Source: a virus
Virus record (IMG/VR): IMGVR_UViG_3300035670_000132
Coordinates: 14,513-78,512 of that record
Direction: 5' to 3' (one strand)
DNA: 64,000 nt
The notes under the pieces are model-generated. The model was not told where the DNA came from, did no database searches, and saw only the letters and a program-made list of their open reading frames with translations. A program made the position numbers and the translations under genes. The first letter of the stretch is position 1. The number at the start of each line of letters is the position of its first letter. Of this stretch, positions 10,848-20,151 are shown piece by piece.

Positions 10848-11440
10848 TTACAACTTTCAGATTTGATAATTCAGACTTCACTGAATATGCCAACATGATT
10901 ATGAATTTCAAGTCTCACTACACTGAGATGATGGCGACAGATTTGCAGAGAACTGGAACTAGTTTTCCGAAATCATTTCGCTGCGTGAACCTGCTGAACA
11001 TTGAAAGCTGTGGTCAGATGGCTCTATTTTTCACGAGACTCTTCACGCAGACTTACGTAGAACGTCACGGGCTTTTAGTGTCTCACGCAGCATATTACGG
11101 CAAACAAGGCTTTATTGACTGGCACACAAATGCAAACACTCCCTATTGGAACGCAGTTTGCACATTCAGCGCTAACGGTAATGGATTCTTTGAATATAAA
11201 GTTGACGATCAAGTTGTACATATGCAAGATCCAGTTGGCTGGTCAGTAAAGAAATCACGATGGGGTCAGCCTCCAGTCTGGCACAGAGCAGTATCAAACG
11301 ACAGTGACAGAATAACTATCACATTCTCTTCAGAAGAAGAGAACAGAATAGACGCATTCTTATCTGGGCTAAACAATATTGATGTTGTCGTTGAAGAAGA
11401 ATTGCATCCGTTCTTGAATCAAGCTCCACCAATAATGTAA
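10844..11440 (+). CDS. Putative 2OG-Fe(II)-type (DSBH) oxygenase
   Basis: GFIDWHTN...WHRAV...RITITF matches the Hx(D/N)...H...R layout of double-stranded beta-helix dioxygenases. Confidence 0.6.
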   Translation: MITTFRFDNSDFTEYANMIMNFKSHYTEMMATDLQRTGTSFPKSFRCVNLLNIESCGQMALFFTRLFTQTYVERHGLLVSHAAYYGKQGFIDWHTNANTPYWNAVCTFSANGNGFFEYKVDDQVVHMQDPVGWSVKKSRWGQPPVWHRAVSNDSDRITITFSSEEENRIDAFLSGLNNIDVVVEEELHPFLNQAPPIM

Positions 11441-11447
11441 CAAAAAA

Positions 11448-12575
11448 ATGGGAATCTACTACAATCCTCGCCCAGTCAACGCTGGGTTGATTTTTGCGTA
11501 TGATATGCAGAATACGATGAAATCGTGGAAAGGTATGCCCGTAACCAATGTCGTTACTAATTGGGATTTGGATCTTGGTTGGAGCAAAAGCTATTGCACT
11601 TCAATTCAGTGGAATGATTATGAGCCTCCAGCTGGAATATATTCTCCAGTCGTTTCTTTTATAGACGCAGATTCAAACGGAAATGGATACTGGTATTCAT
11701 ACGGAAATTATGCTCCACAAGATCCTAGCACAACATATTCAATATCAGTTTATGCGAGAACTGTCGGTGCACCTTGGTCAATTAGAGCATATACAGCAGA
11801 CAACGCAGAAGTTGGAAGACAATATACAGAATCAATAACTGTTCCAGGCGATGGATCTTGGTATAGGTTAGAATTTGTGCCTATAACTACTCCGTCAAAC
11901 ACTCAATCAGATTCTCTTAGCTTTCAATTTACAGTAATTCCAGCGGGACAAAGATGTTGGCTTTGTGCGCCGCAGATGACTGCAACTGGATTTCATGTTC
12001 CATATGTTGCCGGCACTCGCTCAGCAACTCAAGCTATACTAGATTTCACTAATAATCGTACAATAACTGCTAGCGATTTGACATACAATAATGACAATAC
12101 ATTCACATTTGATGGCACAAATGACGTCATACTCACAGATTTTCCTGCACAGACGCTACAGACATCAACACTAGAAGCTGTTGTATATGACACTAAAAAT
12201 AATGGAGCTTATCGCTCAATTATTCAAATAAATACTAACACAGATGATGCGTTGTATATCAATCCATCAAACAATTTGCAGTTCTGGCCAGCGACAGCAT
12301 CTTCGCTTCAAGTTCCAGCAAATCAGTGGAACTATGTCTGCGCAGCATATAATGGATCATCAATTCTTTACTGCGTGAATGGTGAGTTTCAAGAAATTGC
12401 TGGAGCATCACTAGACTTCACAAACTATCAATTTCTGAGAATTGGTGGTCATAGCACAGGTGACGGCGAAAGATTCAAGGGGCAAATACCTATAGCTAGA
12501 GTATATAACAGAGCATTGACAAGATCAGAAATGTTGCAAAATTATAGTGCATTTAGAGGAAGATTTGGCATATGA
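11448..12575 (+). CDS. LamG/ConA-like lectin domain virion protein (paralog 5)
   Basis: MGIYYNP...GLIFAYDMQNTMKSW; FDGTND; NQWNYV; YNRALTRSEMLQNYSAFRGRFGI. Confidence 0.8.
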   Translation: MGIYYNPRPVNAGLIFAYDMQNTMKSWKGMPVTNVVTNWDLDLGWSKSYCTSIQWNDYEPPAGIYSPVVSFIDADSNGNGYWYSYGNYAPQDPSTTYSISVYARTVGAPWSIRAYTADNAEVGRQYTESITVPGDGSWYRLEFVPITTPSNTQSDSLSFQFTVIPAGQRCWLCAPQMTATGFHVPYVAGTRSATQAILDFTNNRTITASDLTYNNDNTFTFDGTNDVILTDFPAQTLQTSTLEAVVYDTKNNGAYRSIIQINTNTDDALYINPSNNLQFWPATASSLQVPANQWNYVCAAYNGSSILYCVNGEFQEIAGASLDFTNYQFLRIGGHSTGDGERFKGQIPIARVYNRALTRSEMLQNYSAFRGRFGI

Positions 12576-13099
12576 GTTTACAAATTGGACCTAAGTGGAA
12601 TATAACAGATGCTTTGAGATTCACACCAACTGGCAAGCATCCTCGACTTCATATCATGGCTGAATCTGGCTCATTTGAAGCTACTGATCAAAACAGAAGC
12701 GTTCGTGTTCGTGCTAATGGCGTTGACTTGTTGAACAGTTCATCGCCCAGGTCGTATAGACTGACACAACTTCGCATCGTCAACGGCGACTGGACTCTAG
12801 TCGCATCAAACGGCTACGATGTCTACGGAAGCACGGTAGATGCACAAGCTGCTGCTGATTTCATAGACACATTTCAAGTCGGCGACTTACTCATCAGCAA
12901 TACTTGGGACGAACCATACAACAATAGTGGATATTTTACAACAAAATTCAGAGACAACTTCTACTCAAACGTATTGTCATTCACTAGAGACTTTAGAGAT
13001 ATGCATATACTCATCGCCGTGAAGGGTAGAGGATTGATATACGAACAACATAGACGAAGATATTCAAATTCAATTCATTTTTCGGGTTGGATTTACTAA
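12572..13099 (+). CDS. Putative ILEI/PANDER (GG-type lectin) domain protein
   Basis: RSY.L...YDVYGS...AAADFIDTFQVGDLLISNTWDEP...FRD..ILIAVKG follows the ILEI domain pattern as recalled. Confidence 0.55.
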   Translation: MSLQIGPKWNITDALRFTPTGKHPRLHIMAESGSFEATDQNRSVRVRANGVDLLNSSSPRSYRLTQLRIVNGDWTLVASNGYDVYGSTVDAQAAADFIDTFQVGDLLISNTWDEPYNNSGYFTTKFRDNFYSNVLSFTRDFRDMHILIAVKGRGLIYEQHRRRYSNSIHFSGWIY

Positions 13100-13112
13100 C
13101 AAGGGAACAATC

Positions 13113-14321
13113 ATGGGTGTTTTTTCTGGTCCAGAAATAGAAAACGATCAACTAATTCTGTGTGTAGACGCAGCGAATTCAAAAAGCTGGAGCTATAACG
13201 TTCATCCTAAGCCAATTGACATTGGTGCTTGGTGGACCGCATCTAGCAATAGTACAGTAACCAGAGATTTGACATTCACTGCGACGACACAATCGCCAGC
13301 GGGTGGTGTTCCTATAAAAATGATAGTTTCTGGTACAGATCCCTATATAACGTCAACGCAAGTTTATCTTGCGCCGGCAGCAGATGGTCAGACATGGACT
13401 ATCAGCGTTTATGCCAAATCAAGTGTCGCTACTACAGGCGAGCTTTTTATTTTGGGATTGAATTCTTCCAATACATACGTTGAAGCGCCATCTGGCACAA
13501 TAAACATAACTAATAATTGGCAAAGATTCTCTTACACATACACATTCACAAATGGAACTATAGCTGGAATAGCAATCAGACTAGATGGACCAAACAGCGG
13601 TTTCGGCACAGATGGAGTGACTGCGCCAACAATTTGGTGGGATGGTCTTCAAGTAGAGCGCAACTCTTCAGCAACTGCATTCAATCCAGTAACTAATGCA
13701 TCAGGAAACAAAGTTCTTGATGTGAGCCCGAATGACTACACAGCGTCTTTCGTCGGCTCAACATCACACAACAACACTGGAGCAAAATCATTCGATACTA
13801 ATGCAACAGCAGTGACTCAGAACAATAACATTGCTATTCCTACAATCACTTTTGCTGATGCGTCTTCATATTCACTTGATTTTTGGGTAAAAATTCGCTC
13901 TAGCGCTCCGTCAACGTTTCATAGTTTGACTGGAAACAACGCAACAGCGCCATGGGTTATTCTTTACACAAACGACACTACAGGCGCAAGTTGGTTCATG
14001 AGATTCAGAAACGCATCATCAACATATCAAGATTTTTCGAACGTCACTAACTGGAACATCCAATCAAATTGGGCTAATGTTACACTCACAATTTCAAATT
14101 CTAGAGTTTGTAGTTTCTATTTGAATGGTATCTTTAGACAATCAATAACACTTGCAACTTCTGCTTTAGATGCGGTCACTATTGGTGGTGGATATTCTTC
14201 GGCAGGAAACTACTATCCGTTCCAGGGCAGCATAGGTCTCGCTAAGTTCTACACACAGACGCTGACTGCTGACGAAGTGAGAAAACATTTCACTGCTAAT
14301 CGTTCTAGATTTTCAGTTTGA
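13113..14321 (+). CDS. LamG/ConA-like lectin domain virion protein (paralog 6)
   Basis: GPEIENDQLILCVDAANSKSW; CBM-like insert (ITNNWQRFSYT); FYTQTLTADEVRKHFTANRSRFSV. Confidence 0.8.
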   Translation: MGVFSGPEIENDQLILCVDAANSKSWSYNVHPKPIDIGAWWTASSNSTVTRDLTFTATTQSPAGGVPIKMIVSGTDPYITSTQVYLAPAADGQTWTISVYAKSSVATTGELFILGLNSSNTYVEAPSGTINITNNWQRFSYTYTFTNGTIAGIAIRLDGPNSGFGTDGVTAPTIWWDGLQVERNSSATAFNPVTNASGNKVLDVSPNDYTASFVGSTSHNNTGAKSFDTNATAVTQNNNIAIPTITFADASSYSLDFWVKIRSSAPSTFHSLTGNNATAPWVILYTNDTTGASWFMRFRNASSTYQDFSNVTNWNIQSNWANVTLTISNSRVCSFYLNGIFRQSITLATSALDAVTIGGGYSSAGNYYPFQGSIGLAKFYTQTLTADEVRKHFTANRSRFSV

Positions 14322-14365
14322 TAAATAGCTGAAGTTATAAAAACAATAAAAGGAACTGAAGAGTC

Positions 14366-15742
14366 ATGGCATACACAGACAAGAATCTAGTTATTACGCC
14401 TAACGTAGGCTCTGCGGGTGAAGATCCAACAATCACATTCAGTGGCGCCGATAGCACTCTCGGCGCACAATCACTTCAAGCGAGAATCTATCCAACATCA
14501 AACGGAACACTCTCATTCGAAGGCTCGGCTGGTCAGTTATTCAGCATAACAAACAGTTTGACTGGCACGATTTACTCAGTCAACGATGTATCTGGAATTC
14601 CAAGCATTGAAGTCTTCGACACAGGCGTAATTCGTCTCGCTCAGTACAGTGGAAGAGTTCTCATCGGTAATATCTCCGATAACGGCGTCGATACTCTTCA
14701 ATTTGATCAAAATAGTAGTATACTATTTCAAAACATCAACGTAGCTAGTCAATTGACATCAAGTGTATCGACGGGAACTGCACCGTTCGTTGTCACATCA
14801 ACTACTGCTGTCACTAACTTGAATGCAGACTTGGTTGATGGAATTCAAGGAGCATCTCTGCTAAGAAGTGACGCTTCTGATACATATTCTGGAGGTATTT
14901 TAACTGTATCAAATGACGCTGGAATAGACGTAACAAATACAGGACAAATCAACGGACTACAAATATATCAGCCCACCGTCAACGCTGACGCTTTAATGTC
15001 TTTTCATATCTCTGGCGATTACGCAGTACATTTCGGCTTAGACGGAGAAACTAATGATCTAACAGTTGGCGGCTGGTCAAAAGGTGCTAACAAGTACAGA
15101 GTTTGGCACGCTGGAAATGATGGAGCATCTTCTGGTCTAGACGCTGACTTACTAGATGGTCAACATGGTTCATATTATACAACAGCGGGAAATCTTTCTG
15201 GAACAATACCTTCAGCGGTATTAGGCAATTCTACATTATACGTAGGAACTACAGCAATTGCACTCAATAGAAGTTCAGCTTCTCTATCTCTCACTGGAGT
15301 TAATATAGATGGATCTGCTGGCACATTTACTAGCACATCACAGAACTCAAGATTCAATTCTATAGGAGTTAATACTGCTGCTTCAGGAACAGCAGGTGAA
15401 ATTAGAGCTACAAATAACATCACAGCATATTTTTCTTCTGATAGAAAATTTAAAGAAAACGTTAAAGACGTTACAGATGCGACTGAGATTGTTTCTGCAA
15501 TAGGAGCAAAAACATTTGATTGGACTGATAGTTATATACAAGAACATGGAGGCGCTGACGGATATTTTGTTACAAAAAATGATTTTGGTGTAATTGCTCA
15601 AGATGTACAAGCAGTATTTCCGATGGCAGTAAGAACTCGCGAAGACGGATCACTTGCAGTTGATTACGGAAAACTAGCAATTTTAGCATTCGCTGCAATT
15701 AAGGAACTTGCTGAAAGAATTAAAAAATTGGAAAATAAATAA
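14366..15742 (+). CDS. Tail fibre protein with C-terminal peptidase S74 intramolecular chaperone
   Basis: LNADLVDG / LDADLLDG motifs; SSDRKFKENV, GVIAQDVQAVFP, VDYGKL and terminal coiled coil. Confidence 0.85.
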   Translation: MAYTDKNLVITPNVGSAGEDPTITFSGADSTLGAQSLQARIYPTSNGTLSFEGSAGQLFSITNSLTGTIYSVNDVSGIPSIEVFDTGVIRLAQYSGRVLIGNISDNGVDTLQFDQNSSILFQNINVASQLTSSVSTGTAPFVVTSTTAVTNLNADLVDGIQGASLLRSDASDTYSGGILTVSNDAGIDVTNTGQINGLQIYQPTVNADALMSFHISGDYAVHFGLDGETNDLTVGGWSKGANKYRVWHAGNDGASSGLDADLLDGQHGSYYTTAGNLSGTIPSAVLGNSTLYVGTTAIALNRSSASLSLTGVNIDGSAGTFTSTSQNSRFNSIGVNTAASGTAGEIRATNNITAYFSSDRKFKENVKDVTDATEIVSAIGAKTFDWTDSYIQEHGGADGYFVTKNDFGVIAQDVQAVFPMAVRTREDGSLAVDYGKLAILAFAAIKELAERIKKLENK

Positions 15743-15755
15743 AAAGGAAATTTAA

Positions 15756-18413
15756 ATGGCATTAAATCTATCAGGTCCGATTAGCATAGGAGGTCCTACA
15801 AGTGGTCAATCTATTAATTTAGAACTAGAAAAATCAGAAACTGCTACATCTAGTTTAAATGATGTAGATTTTAGATCATTAGCTAATGTTTTATCGGGTC
15901 CTATTAGTTTATCTGATTTTTACGGAAAAATTTATTTAAAGTATTTTATTTACTCTGCATCATCTGATGTCGGTGGAGGTAGTATACTTAAAGATTCCAA
16001 AGACGGAATTATTATTTTAAGATCACAAGGTGCAATGAGAATTTCAAAAACGGGTAATAGGTCTTGGTCTAAAACATATAATACATCGACAAAGGGTATC
16101 ACTCAAAGTCCTTCAAATCCTGACATAATTTTTATTGTAACCAGTGGCGGTAACAGTTCCAATGAAAATGGAGTATTAAGAATAGATGCATTAACTGGTA
16201 ATGCAATTTGGCATAAAAGGATAGAACCTTTTAACAGTGACAACCTTAAAGATAGTATAGTGTGTGACAATAATTATGTTTACGTAATATGTAGAGGAAA
16301 CGGATTAACAATAATAAAACTAGATTATTCAGGAAATTTCGTATCTAGTTATAATTTAACAATACCTAGTGTTGGATGGACGGGAGGTGCAGCATTTGAT
16401 CCTACATTTTCTAATATTTATATAGCAGGAAGAGAACAACCTTTCTACACAGGATTGTTATGTAAATATTCTCTATCGAGTAATGCTGTACAGTGGATAA
16501 AAAGAACACCCACTTATTCGGAATTCTCTGCCGTATACGCATCATCTACTCAAATATTAGCAGGAGGAATGCACGACTCATCGACAGGAAATCGTGGATT
16601 TCTTGTAAGTTTTGATGTTAATGGAAATATTATATGGCAAAAAGGCATGGGAGGTACACAGGCTGCTATAACAGGAATAACTATGGACGACTCTGGAAAT
16701 ATATGGTGTGCAGGCACAAATAAATTTTCCGGAAATCAAGCCGGCATAATTTTCAAATTAAATTCAAACGGTGATTACTTAGCCCAGCGTGAAATTGCAA
16801 TCGATCCAGTACAATCCTTTACGGGAGCAAAAATTACATCATTACGATTAGTCGGCAATAATTTATTTTTTGGTGGATCGTTTTTTGTGCCAAATCAAAC
16901 TTCTCAAGTATTTGCAATGGTTGGACTTTTACCTTCCGACTTAACTTTAACAGGCGAATATTTTAATAATAGTATTTCTATATATTCTCCTTATCTTGCT
17001 AATTATGCATATGCTACTGTAAATCTGCCTCAAGCAGCCACAACATATTCTTTAACTGATGTTAGCTTTAGCATCACAACTGATTCAATTTCTTTCTCAA
17101 ATCTTATAATAGTTGAAAATAATATTTCTGCTGGAACAGAATATAAAGCGTTTCCCTCTCCGCATTGGACATTAAAAGTGGGATCCAATAATAATTATTG
17201 TCGTCAGATTACAGTTGATATATTCAATAATATATATGCTTTAATTAAGTCGACCTATATATTAACACTTTCAAAATATACACAAGAAGGTGATTTAGTT
17301 TGGACTAGAAATATTTCAAATAATTTTTCTCAAGTAGGATCATTAGGAGCAGTAAAAACAGATAGCTCGGGAAACATTTATATTGCCGGATCGTTTGGAA
17401 ATCAAGGATATATTGCAAAATTTGATTCGTCTGGAAATATTCAATGGGCAAAACATAATAGCCCTCAGAATGTAAACAGTTATCATAATATGGCGATAGA
17501 TTCATCTGCAAATTTATATACGGTCGGAACAACAACTAATTATCCGGGATTTGAAAATATACTTTTAGTGAAATATGATTCGTCTGGTAATCTATTATGG
17601 GCAAAATATGTGGCTACACTTCAAGGTGAATCAGATAATGGATATGGTGTTGATGTTGATGCTTCTGGAAATATTTATGTTTCAGGATCAATACGTGTGT
17701 CTACGTTTGATACCGGACAATTTAGTATTTTAAAATTAGATTCTAACGGAGCACTTTTATGGGGTAAATTCCTTGGTTTAACTACAGGAACTAATTTGGA
17801 TTATGCAAGAGGATGTATAGTAAATTCTTCAGGAGTGTATGTTGCAGGTTATAGTTTTTCAGAAGGATCATCTGTACCTGTAATGGTTTTAGTAAAGTAT
17901 GACACATCTGGTACTTTGCAATGGAAAAAAAAGTTAGATGATGGTAATACTAGTAATAGTAAATATTTTTTTAATATTGTCTATGATAGAAATTTTAATA
18001 TCTATGTTATTGGATATACTGTAAATTCAGGTGTATATTCAAATAATATTGCAAAATTTGATACATCCGGAAATTTAATTTGGCACAGGAGGTTATCACA
18101 TGGTGCTACATATGAATTTTCTGAAGCTATAGCTGTTAATTATTCTGATGTATTTATTGGAGGAACAGCCGGCAATGCTGCTATGATAGCTAGATTACCT
18201 AATGACGGATTTTTAACAGGAACATACAATAATGGTGTAAGTTATACTAATATTGAGGGTTCATTTACTTTAAGTGATGCAACTATAACTGAAACTAGTG
18301 CATCAATTAGCATATCAAATGCATCTTCAATTGTTAATAATGATGCTATAAATTCATACAATATTACAACTACAGCTCTTCCTTCGGTGACAAAAACATT
18401 ATTGACAGCATAA
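15756..18413 (+). CDS. Putative fibre-tip adhesin with two beta-propeller (SBBP-like) repeat regions
   Basis: N-terminal MALNLSGPISIGG...ISLSDFYGK fibre-docking motif; many D.SGN.Y..G / KYDSSGNLLW repeats; markedly AT-rich. Confidence 0.7.
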   Translation: MALNLSGPISIGGPTSGQSINLELEKSETATSSLNDVDFRSLANVLSGPISLSDFYGKIYLKYFIYSASSDVGGGSILKDSKDGIIILRSQGAMRISKTGNRSWSKTYNTSTKGITQSPSNPDIIFIVTSGGNSSNENGVLRIDALTGNAIWHKRIEPFNSDNLKDSIVCDNNYVYVICRGNGLTIIKLDYSGNFVSSYNLTIPSVGWTGGAAFDPTFSNIYIAGREQPFYTGLLCKYSLSSNAVQWIKRTPTYSEFSAVYASSTQILAGGMHDSSTGNRGFLVSFDVNGNIIWQKGMGGTQAAITGITMDDSGNIWCAGTNKFSGNQAGIIFKLNSNGDYLAQREIAIDPVQSFTGAKITSLRLVGNNLFFGGSFFVPNQTSQVFAMVGLLPSDLTLTGEYFNNSISIYSPYLANYAYATVNLPQAATTYSLTDVSFSITTDSISFSNLIIVENNISAGTEYKAFPSPHWTLKVGSNNNYCRQITVDIFNNIYALIKSTYILTLSKYTQEGDLVWTRNISNNFSQVGSLGAVKTDSSGNIYIAGSFGNQGYIAKFDSSGNIQWAKHNSPQNVNSYHNMAIDSSANLYTVGTTTNYPGFENILLVKYDSSGNLLWAKYVATLQGESDNGYGVDVDASGNIYVSGSIRVSTFDTGQFSILKLDSNGALLWGKFLGLTTGTNLDYARGCIVNSSGVYVAGYSFSEGSSVPVMVLVKYDTSGTLQWKKKLDDGNTSNSKYFFNIVYDRNFNIYVIGYTVNSGVYSNNIAKFDTSGNLIWHRRLSHGATYEFSEAIAVNYSDVFIGGTAGNAAMIARLPNDGFLTGTYNNGVSYTNIEGSFTLSDATITETSASISISNASSIVNNDAINSYNITTTALPSVTKTLLTA

Positions 18414-18414
18414 T

Positions 18415-19347
18415 ATGAAACAACTTAACAAAATAAATATAGATTTAAATTTACAACCATCACCAAAAGACGCAAGAGACTTCTTAGCGTCTGTAAACTA
18501 TAGTGACAAAGAGTTTCTTCCTGCGCATGTTGACTTGTTGCCAGACGTTGAAGAAGTAGAGAATCAGTATCAGACTGGTTCATGCACAGCAAACGCAGCA
18601 GCAACAGCACTTGAAATCACATATAAACGCGCAGGAAAGAGCAAAGACTTCTCTAGACTCTACAATTATTGGTACTCTAGAGCTATCGGAAACATCTCTG
18701 GCGACAAAGGCGCTTATCCTCGCGATGTATGCAAAGCTCTAAACAAGCATGGTATTTGCTTAGAGTCTACTTGGGAATTCGACATCGAGAAAAATCTGAA
18801 CGTAGAGCCTTCTATAGATGCGCAAGAGGAAGCAAAACAGTATCCTGTGCATGAGTATGCGAGACTAGATGATGACAGAGATATCGTTGTTGAAATCAAA
18901 AAAGCTGTAGCTGCTGGTATTCCAGTGATGACATCGATCAAAGTGTCTAAAGGATTCAATTCTCTCGGATTGAACTGGAAAGAACACGATTGGGATCCAG
19001 AGCAAGAGCCAATTGGAGCGCATCAAGTCGTCATTATCGGCTACGATGACAAAGCTCAAAGATTTCTAGCACAAAACTCATGGGGAAATCGATGGGCAGA
19101 CGGCGGATTCTTTGGCATTCCATACACTAGAATAGGAACTGACTACTACGTCAAATCGACATCTTCATATGAGTATTGGATTTTGACTAAACTTGATGTT
19201 CCTTACGTTGACGCTGATGGAACAGAGACAGATCCATACAACATTATAGAAATTGAACGCAGCAAGAGTGAGCAGACAAAGAATTTACTCTTCGCTGTTA
19301 TTTTTGGAAGCATTTTCGCATTCATTATGATGATGTTGACTCGATAG
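18415..19347 (+). CDS. Papain-like (C1) cysteine peptidase with C-terminal transmembrane helix
   Basis: QYQTGSCTANA (Gln/Cys), GAHQVVIIGYDD (His), QNSWGNRWADGG (Asn); hydrophobic tail LLFAVIFGSIFAFIMMML. Confidence 0.85.
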   Translation: MKQLNKINIDLNLQPSPKDARDFLASVNYSDKEFLPAHVDLLPDVEEVENQYQTGSCTANAAATALEITYKRAGKSKDFSRLYNYWYSRAIGNISGDKGAYPRDVCKALNKHGICLESTWEFDIEKNLNVEPSIDAQEEAKQYPVHEYARLDDDRDIVVEIKKAVAAGIPVMTSIKVSKGFNSLGLNWKEHDWDPEQEPIGAHQVVIIGYDDKAQRFLAQNSWGNRWADGGFFGIPYTRIGTDYYVKSTSSYEYWILTKLDVPYVDADGTETDPYNIIEIERSKSEQTKNLLFAVIFGSIFAFIMMMLTR

Positions 19348-19354
19348 AAAACTG

Positions 19355-19400
19355 GAAGATTCCTTGTTGTATAAATAGAGAAAAACAACAAGGAATCTTC
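19355..19400 (+). promoter_or_regulatory. Late promoter TATAAATA (19370-19377) inside a perfect 16-bp inverted repeat that covers the gp13 RBS
   Basis: gaagattccttgttgt (19355-19370) and acaacaaggaatcttc (19385-19400); ATG at 19403. Confidence 0.85.
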
Positions 19401-19402
19401 AC

Positions 19403-20149
19403 ATGGCAAGAATCACAACCCGCGAAGAGTTCAAGCAACACATTCTTAGAAATCTCGGTGCTCCGCTACTAGAAATCAACGTATCTGATGATCAGATAGA
19501 TGATGCTGTAGATGAATCGCTGCAATACTACTACGATTATCACTTTGATGGCACAGAAAAAGTCTACTTAGCACATCAAGTGACTGAGCAAGATATCGCG
19601 AATAGATATCTCACGATTCCAGAAAATATGATCAGTGTCATCAACATCTTTGACATTGGCACTAGCATCTCATCGTCTAACAATCTATTTAACATTAGAT
19701 ATCAACTTGCATTGAATGACTTGTTTGCATTTAATACTGGACCATTTGCTTCGTATTACATGACGCTACAGAACGTAGCACTTGCTGAAGAGCTATTTGT
19801 TGGTAAGCAAGCAATTAGATTCAATCGTCACACAAACAAGCTCTACATTGATATGGCATGGAATGAAAAAACTCCTGCTGGCGATTACATCATTGTTGAA
19901 GGCTATCAAATTGTAGATCCAGAAACTTATCCAGACGTATGGGAAGATCGCTGGCTCAAGCGCTATGCGACAGCTATGCTGAAACAGCAATGGGGAACTA
20001 ATCTCAAGAAGTTCGAGGGCATCGCTATGCCAGGCGGTGTCACATTCAACGGACAGAAAATATATGACGAAGCTGCTGCTGAACTTGAAAAGTTGGAAGC
20101 CGAGATGATTAGCAGTTACAGTCTTCCAGTTTCTGATATGATGGGATAA
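19403..20149 (+). CDS. gp13: Neck protein gp13
   Basis: LGAPLLEINVSDDQIDD, YHFDG, KQQWGTNLKKFEG..MPGGVTFNG; synteny. Confidence 0.93.
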   Translation: MARITTREEFKQHILRNLGAPLLEINVSDDQIDDAVDESLQYYYDYHFDGTEKVYLAHQVTEQDIANRYLTIPENMISVINIFDIGTSISSSNNLFNIRYQLALNDLFAFNTGPFASYYMTLQNVALAEELFVGKQAIRFNRHTNKLYIDMAWNEKTPAGDYIIVEGYQIVDPETYPDVWEDRWLKRYATAMLKQQWGTNLKKFEGIAMPGGVTFNGQKIYDEAAAELEKLEAEMISSYSLPVSDMMG

Positions 20150-20151
20150 AC

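Noticed and set aside
1272-14321. Possible diversity-generating retroelement or invertase shufflon acting on fibre/lectin genes
   Set aside because: No reverse transcriptase or recombinase in the window; repeat differences are mostly synonymous and not adenine-specific; all cassettes are complete genes in one orientation
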